Shown here one piece after another: positions 56,001-64,000 of a stretch of 64,000 nt of DNA; within the stretch, counting starts at the first letter, position 1; the number at the start of each line of letters is the position of its first letter. The translations under genes were made by a program, and so were the position numbers. The stretch comes from the human T2T-CHM13v2.0 reference genome, Homo sapiens. The stretch lies in NCBI RefSeq assembly GCF_009914755.1, contig NC_060948.1. One strand, 5' to 3'. Below the pieces are notes generated by a model. The model had not been told where the DNA came from, searched no databases, and saw only the letters and a list, made by a program, of their open reading frames with translations.

Positions 56001-59000
56001 AAGGGACATTTGGGAATGCACTGAGGCATATAGTGAAAAACTGAATATCCCACGACAAAAACTACAGAAAAACCTATCCATGAAACTACCTTGTGACGTG
56101 CGAATTCAGATCACAGAGGTAATCCTGTCCTTTGATTCAGCAAGTTGGAAACACTCTTTTTTGTAGTATTTGCAAAGGGACAATTTGGAGGGCATTGAGG
56201 CCTATAGTGAAAAACCGAATATACCACAATGAAAACCTAGAAGAAGCTATCTTTGAAACTTCTTTGTGATGCATGCATTCAGCTCGTAGAGTGAAATCTT
56301 TTGTTTGATTCAGCAGGTTGGAAACACACTTTTTGTAGAATCTGCAAAGGGTTTTGGAGCTCTTTGGGGCATATAGTGAAAACCTGAATATCTCTGGATA
56401 AAACCTAGAAAGAAGATATTTGTGAAACTGCTTTTGATGTGTGCATTCAGTTCACAAAGTTGAATCTTCCTTTTGAATCAGATGTTTTTAAACAGCTTCT
56501 TTATAGAGTCTGTGAAGAAACAATTTAGAGACCACAGAGCCCTGTAGTGAAAAACCAAGTATCCTGAAATAAAAACAAGAAAGAAGATATTTGTGAACGT
56601 GTTTTGTGACATGTGCATGCAGTTCACAGAGTTAAACCTTACTTTTGATTCAGTAGTTTTGAAACACTCTTTTTGTAGAATCTGCAAAGGGACATTTCAG
56701 AGCCCACTGAGTCCTAAAAGTGAAAAACTGAATATCACAAAATAAAATATCCTAGAAAGAATCTACCCACCAAACTTCTTTGTGATGTGTGCATTCAGTT
56801 CACAGAGTGAAACCTTTCTTTTGATTCAGCAGACTGGAAACACTTTTTCTAGAATCTACAAAGCGACATTTTGGGGTACAGTAAGTCCTACAGTGAAAAA
56901 CAGATCACAAAATAAAAACTGGGAAGAAGCTATTTGTGAAACTGCTTTGTGATGTGTACATTAATGTCAAAGATTTCAACCTTAATTTTGATTCAGCAGT
57001 TTGGAAACACTCTTTTTGTAGAATCTGCAAAGTGACACTGCAGACCTCACTGAGGCCTATAGTGAAAAACTGAATATCCCAAAATAACATCTAGAAAGAA
57101 GCTATCTGTGAAACTGCTTTGTGACATACACATTCAGTTCGCATTTTTCAATGTAACGTTTGACTCAACAGTTTCAAAATATTCCTCTTATAGTATCTGC
57201 AAAGAAACATTTTGGTGCCCACTGAGGCACCAAATATATGAAAAAAATATATATCCTAAAATGAAAATGAGAAACTGTGGAACTGTGAAACTGTAAATCT
57301 GTGAAACTGCTTTCTCATGTGTGGATTCAGCTTTCAGGGTTGAACCTTTCTTTTGATTAAGCAGTTTGGAAACACCCTTATTGCGGAATCAGCCAGGGGA
57401 TATTTCAGTCCACTGAGACCTGTAGTGAAAAACAGAATATCCCATGATAAAACTAGAAAGAAGCTATCTGTGAAACTGCTTTCTGATGTGTACCTTCAGC
57501 TCACAGAGTTAAAACTTACTTTTGATTCAGCAGATTGGAATGGCTCTTTTTGTAGAATATGCAAATGGAAATTTTGGAGGGGATTGAGGCTTACAGTAAA
57601 AAACCGAATATCTCATGATAAAAACTAGAAAGAAAGTATCTGTGAAACTGCTATGTGATGTGTGGATTCAGCTCACAGAATGAAACCTTTCTTTTGATTC
57701 ATCAGTTTGGAAATATCCCATGACAAAAACTCAAAAGAAGCTATCTGTGAAACTGCTTTGTGATGTCTGCATTTGGCTTACAGAGTTAATCCTTTCTTTT
57801 GATTCAACAGTTTAAAAACACCCTTTTTGCAGAATCTCTGAAGGGAGAATTTAAAGGGCACTGAGGGCTTAAGTGAAAAACAAAATATCCTGAAATAAAA
57901 ACAAGAAAGGAGCTAGCTGTGAACCTGTTTTGTGACGTCTGTATGCACTTCACAGAGTTAAACCTTACTTTGGATTCAGCAGTTTGGAAACACTCTTTTT
58001 GTAGAATCTGTGAAGGGACATTTCTGAGCCCACTGAGGCCTGTAGTGAAAAACTGAATATCTTGAAATAAAAACTAGAAAGAAGCTGTTTGTGAAACTGT
58101 TTTGTGATGTATGCATTCAGCTTACAGAGTTAAGCCTTACTTTTGATTCAGCAGTTTGGAAACGTTCTTTTTGTAGATTGTGTGTCAGAACATTTCAAAA
58201 GGCATTGAGGCCTATAATGAAAAACTGAATATCCTTTGATAAAGACTAGAAAGAAGCTATATAGAAAACTGATTTGTGATGTGTGGATTCAGCTCAGAGA
58301 CTGAAACCTTTCTTTTGATTAGGCATGTTGTAAACACTATTTTTGTAGAATCTATTAAGGAATTTTCTCAGCCCGCTGAGGCCTATAGTGAAACACAGAA
58401 TATCAAGCCATAAAAATGGGAAAGATACTGTCTGTGAATTTGCTTTTTGAGTTGTGAATTCAGCTGACAAAGTTAAACCTGTCTTTGATTCAGTAGGCTA
58501 GAAACAGTTTTTTGTGGAATCAACCAAGGGACATATCACACCTCACTGAGACCTATAGTAAATGTCAAATATCTCACAATACAATTTAGAAAGAAGCTAT
58601 CTGTGAAACTGCTTTGTGATTTGTGGATTCACCTCACACACTTAAGCTTTTTTATTTGATTCAATAGTTTTGAAGCACTCTTTATGTAGAATATGTGAAG
58701 AAACGTTTCAGAAGCCCCTGAGGTCTTTATTGAATAACCTAATATCCTGTGATAAAAACTAGAAAAAAGCTATCTGGGAAACTGCTTTATGGTGTGTACA
58801 TTCAGCTCACAGATTTAAACTTTTCTTTTACTAAGAAGTTTGGAAACACACTTTTTGTACAATCAGCAAAGGGAGATTTTGCAGTTCAGTGAGGCCTATG
58901 GTGAAAAAAATGCATATCCCATGATAAATCTACAAAAATCTATCTGTGAAACTGCTTTGTGATGAGTCCATTCAGCTTTCTTTTGATTCAGCTTTTTTTG

Positions 59001-60850
59001 ATTCCATAGGATGGAAACTCTTTTTGTAGAATCTGTAAAGAGACAGTACAAAGTTAACTGAGTTCTCTAGGGAAAAACTAATTATCCTGTAATAAAAACT
59101 AGAAAGAAGCTATCTGTGAAGCTTCTTTGCTCTGTGTGTATTCAGCTTACAGTGCTAACCTTACTTTTATTCAGCTATTTGGAAACAGTCTGAAGAATCT
59201 ACAAAGGGACATTTTGGAACACAGTGAGGTCTACAGTGAAAATCAGAATATCCCACAATAAAAACTGGAAAAAAGGTATCTGTAGAACTGCTTTGTGATG
59301 TGTGGTTTCATCTTGCAGGATGAAACCTTTCTTTTGATTAAGCAGATTGGAAAGACTGTTTTTGTAGAATTGGCAAAGCATCATTTTGAAGGTCATTAAG
59401 ACCCACAGTGAAAAACAGAATATCCCTTGATAAAAACTAGCAAGAAACATCTGTGAAACTGCCTTGTGATGTGGGCATTCAGCTCACAGGGTTAAAACTT
59501 TCTTTTGATTTGGGAGTTTGAAAACACTCTTTTGTAGGATCCATGAAGCTACATTTCAGAGATCATTTTGACCTATAGTGAAAAACCGAATATTTCTTGA
59601 TTAAAGACTAGAAAGAAACTATATGTGAAACTGCTTTGTGATGTGTGGATTCATCTCACAGATTCAAACGTTTCTTCTGATTCAGCAGTTTGGAAACACT
59701 CTTTTTGTAGAATCTGCAAAGGGACATTTCCTGGCACAGTAAGGCCTATAGTGAAACATGGAATTTTAATAGATAAAAATTAGAAAGAAGCTATCTGTGA
59801 AAATGCTTTGTCATATGTGCAAACAGCTCACAGAGTTAAGCTTTACTTTTGAATCAGCAGTTTGCAAGTTCTCTTTTTTGTAGAATCTGTGAAGGGACAT
59901 TTTGAGTACAGTGAGACTTACAATGAGAAAAAAATTTCCAGCAATAAAAAAGAGAAAGAAGCTCTCTGTCAAACTGCTTTCCTATTTCTCTATTCAGCTC
60001 AGAGTTTAAACTTACTTTTTAATTAACCATGTTTGAAACATTTGGTTTGTAGAATCTGTGAAGGGAAAATTTGAAGCCCACTGAGGCTTATTGTGCAAAA
60101 CCCAATATTCAGTCACAAAAACTAGAAAGAAGTATCTGAAATTGTTTTGTGATTTGTGGATTCAGCTCACATAATTAAACCTTTCTTTTGTTTCAGCAGG
60201 TTGGAACACTATTTTTGTAGAATCTGCAATGGGACATTTCTCAGCCCACTGAAACTTATAGTAAAACCTCAAATGTCCAGCCATAATAATGGGAAAGATA
60301 CTATGTGTGAATCCGCTTTGTGAGATGTGGGTTCAGCTGACAAAGTTAAACTTATCTTTTGATTCAGCAGGTTAGAAACTCCTTTTTTTGTAGAATCTGT
60401 GAAGGGATATTTCACACCTCTCTGAGGCCTATAGTAAAAAATCTAATATCCCACCATAAAACCTAGAAAGAAGCTATCTGTGATAATGCTTTGTGACGTG
60501 TGTATTCTGCTCACAGAATTAAACCTTACTTTTCGTTCAGCAGTTTTTGAAACACTTGTTTTGTACAGTCTCCAAAGGGACATTTCGGAGGGCCTTGACA
60601 CTTACAGTGAAAAACTGAATATCATGCTATAAAAACTAGAAAAAATAACTATCTGTGAAACTGCTTTGTAATGTGTGGTTTCAGCTCAGAGAGTTAAACC
60701 TTTCTTTTGAATCAGCAGTTTGTAAACACTCTTTTCATAGAATCTGCCAAGACATATTTCAAGGTGCAGTAAGGCCTCTAGTGAAAAACTGAATATCCCA
60801 CAATACAAACTAGAAAGAAGCTATCTGTGAAACTGCTTTGCAATCTGTGA
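53073..60850 (+). repeat. Divergent alpha satellite, layer B
   Basis: Monomers switch to ATTCAGCTCAC, CAGCAGTTTGG, TTGTAGAATC, CCTATAGTGAAAA and often CCTTACTTTTG. Confidence 0.9.
54912..55199 (+). mobile_element. AluSg-like element
   Basis: GATCACGAGGTCAGGAGT...CCTGGCCAAGATGGTG; degenerate TSD AAAACTAGAAA.AAT. Confidence 0.88.
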
Positions 60851-62264
60851 GTTCATCTCCAAGAGTGAAATCCTGCTTTTGATTCAGCAGCTTGGTAACA
60901 TTCTTTTTCCAGAGCCTATGAGAGCCATTTTGCAGCCCACTAAGGCCTATATTAAAAAACCGAATATACTGCAATGAAAACTAGAAAGTTATTATCTGTT
61001 AAACCACTTTGGAAGGGGTGGCTTCAAAAAATTAAACTTTTCTTTTGATTCAGCAGGTGGAAAAGACTCTTTTTCTAGAATCTTCTAAGGAACATTTCAG
61101 AGCCCACTGATGCCTATATTGAGATATCCCACGATAAAAACTAGAAAGAAGCTCTCTGCTTTCTGATGTGTCAATTCATTTTAAAGAGCTAAAACTTTCC
61201 TTTGATTCAGCATATTGGAAACCCTCTTTTTGAAGAATCTACAAAGGGACATTTCGTATCCCATTGAGGCCTATAGAGAAAAATGGAATATCCTTCGAAA
61301 AAAACTAGAAAGAATCCAACTGTAAAACCACTTTGCGATGTGCAGATTCATTTCACTGAGATAAACATTTATTTTGCTTCAGCAGGTTGAAACCACTCTA
61401 TGTATGGAATTTATGAACGGACATTTCAGAGCTTTATGAGGCCTATAGTGAAACACCGAATATCCTGTGGTACAAACTACAAAGAAGTCATTTGTGAAAC
61501 TGCCTTGTGTGTGTGTATTTGGCTCATGGAGTTGAACTTTCTTCTGATTCAGCTGGGTGGAAAAAATCTTTTCGCAGAATCTTTGAAAGAAAATATTGGA
61601 GCCCATAAGGCCTACAGTGAAAAACCGAATATCCCACAATAAAAACTAGAAAGAAGCTATCTGTGAAACCACTTTGTGGTGTGTAGATTCAGCTCACAGA
61701 GTTAAAGCTTTCTTTTGATTCGTCTGGTTGGAAACCCTCATTGTGTAGAATCTGCAAAGGGGCATTTCAATTCCCAGTGAGGCCTATAGTGAAAAAACAA
61801 ATATTCTGTGACAAAAACATGAAACAAACTTTCTGTTGAATTGTTTTATGTTGTATGCTATTATTGCACAGAGTTAAAACTTACTTTTGATTCAACATGT
61901 TGGAAACACTCTCTTTCTAGAATCTACAATGGGACATTTTGGAGCCCATTGAGGCATATAGTGAAAAACTAAATGATAAAAACTGGAAACAAGGTGTCTC
62001 TAAAACTGCTTTGCTATGTGTGGATTCACGTTATGGAGTTAAAAATTTATTTTGATTCTGCAAGCACTCCTCTTGTGGAATGTACAAAGGACATTTCTGG
62101 GCCCATCAAGGAATATAGTGAAAAACAGAATATCACGTGATAAAAACTAGAAACAACTTATCTGGGAAACCACTTGGCATTGTGTGAGTTCATCTAACAG
62201 AGTTAAGCCTTTCTTTGATTCAGCAGGTTGGAAACCCTCCTTTTTTTACAATCTATTAAGGGAC

Positions 62265-62662
<398 letters not shown>

Positions 62663-62995
62663 TTATGATGTGTGACATGTATGATTCATGTCACACAGTT
62701 AAGCCTTTCTTTTGATTCAGCCAGTTCAAAACACTCTTTTTGTAGAATCTGCAAAGGGACATCTCAGAGCCAATTAAGACCTACAGTGAAAAACTGAATA
62801 TCCTGCTATGAAAACTAGATCAAGCTATCTGTGAAATACCTATATCATATTTGGATTGATATCACAGAGTTAAACTTCTCTCTTGATTCCACAGGTTGGA
62901 AAAACCCTTTAAGTAGAATCTCTGAAGGGACATATTGAAACCCACTGAGACCTATTATGAAAAACTGAATATCTCACAATAAAAACTAGAAGCAA

Positions 62996-63277
62996 GGGCA
63001 GGTACTGTGGCTAAAACCTGTAATCCCAGCACTTTATGAGGGTAACTCACCTGAGGTCTGGAATTTGAGACCAGCCTGACCAACATGAAGAAAGCTTGTC
63101 TCTGCTAAAGATACAAATTGCTCTGGGCATTGTGGTGCATATTTCTAATCCCAGCTATTCGGGAGGCTGAGGCAGGAGAATTGCTTAAACCTCCTGTAGG
63201 TGAAGGTTTCAGTGAGCAGAGATCGCACCATTACACTTTAACCTAGTCAATAAGAGCAAAACTACGTCTCAAAAAAG
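62996..63277 (+). mobile_element. AluSp-like element
   Basis: CCAGCCTGACCAACATGAAGAAAG diagnostic; degenerate TSD ...CTAGAA(G/A)CAA. Confidence 0.87.
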
Positions 63278-64000
63278 AATCTAGAAACAAGCTATCTGTG
63301 AAACCTTTGTGTGATGTGTGCATTCATCTCACAGAGATGGACCTTTCTTTTGATTCAGCAGGTTGGAAACCTCTTTTAGTAGAGCCTAAGAAAGGACATT
63401 TTAGAGCCCATGAAGTCTATTGAAAAAAAATGAATATCCCTCAATAAAAATGAGAAACAATCTACCTGTGAAGCCTCATTGTGATATGTGGATTCATTTA
63501 ACAGAGATAAACCTTTCTTTAGATTTAGCACACTGGAAACACCCTTTTTGTAGAATATATAATGGGACATTTCAGAGCCCATTAAGGCCTATTGTGAAAA
63601 AACTGAATATCTGGAGATAAAAAACAGATACAAGCTATCTGTGAAGCATCTTTGGGATGTATGGATTTATTTCACAGAGTTGAACTTTTCTTTTGATTCA
63701 GCAGGTTGGAAACACATCTTTTTTAGAATCTATGAAGGGGACATTTTGGTAACCACTGAGGCTTATAATGAAAAATCGAATATTCCATGACAGTAACTAG
63801 AAACAAGGTATCTGCGAAATTGTTTTATGAAGTGTCCATTCATCTCACAGAGGTAAGCCTTCCTTTTGATTCAGCAGGTTGGAAACACTATTTCTTTGTA
63901 GAATCCATGAAGGGACATTTTGGAGCCCATTAGAGCCTATAGGGAAAAACTGAGTATCCCGCAATAAAAACAAGAAACAAGCTGTCTGTGAAAGCACTTA

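Overview
This is primate (probably hominid) genomic DNA, most likely from an ampliconic or palindromic part of the Y chromosome (inferred from unprocessed USP9Y-like exons plus an LTR14C/HERV-K14C-type provirus). Bases 1-~11250 are AT-rich intron-like sequence with two decayed USP9X/Y exons (including the catalytic Cys-box exon), Alus and a full-length antisense L1PA3-like element. From ~11260 to the end is a + strand block of old, divergent ~171-bp alpha satellite. No CENP-B box was noticed, and the block appears to contain at least three sequence layers. It is interrupted by an L1PA4-like element carrying a nested 5'-inverted L1PA2-like insert, a HERV-K11/MER11 fragment, an LTR14C-gag fragment, a 3'-truncated L1PA6-like element and five Alus. 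There is no intact host protein-coding gene and I cannot support a new biological system. The most notable signals are: two ERV fragments that each keep one intact LTR end while the satellite resumes almost in register, a 128-bp identical tract shared by L1s of different ages, an open L1 ORF0 positioned to splice in frame onto a USP9Y pseudo-exon, a satellite layer boundary at a broken Alu, and fossil multi-monomer duplications. All subfamily calls come from recalled consensus diagnostics read by eye, not from database searches.
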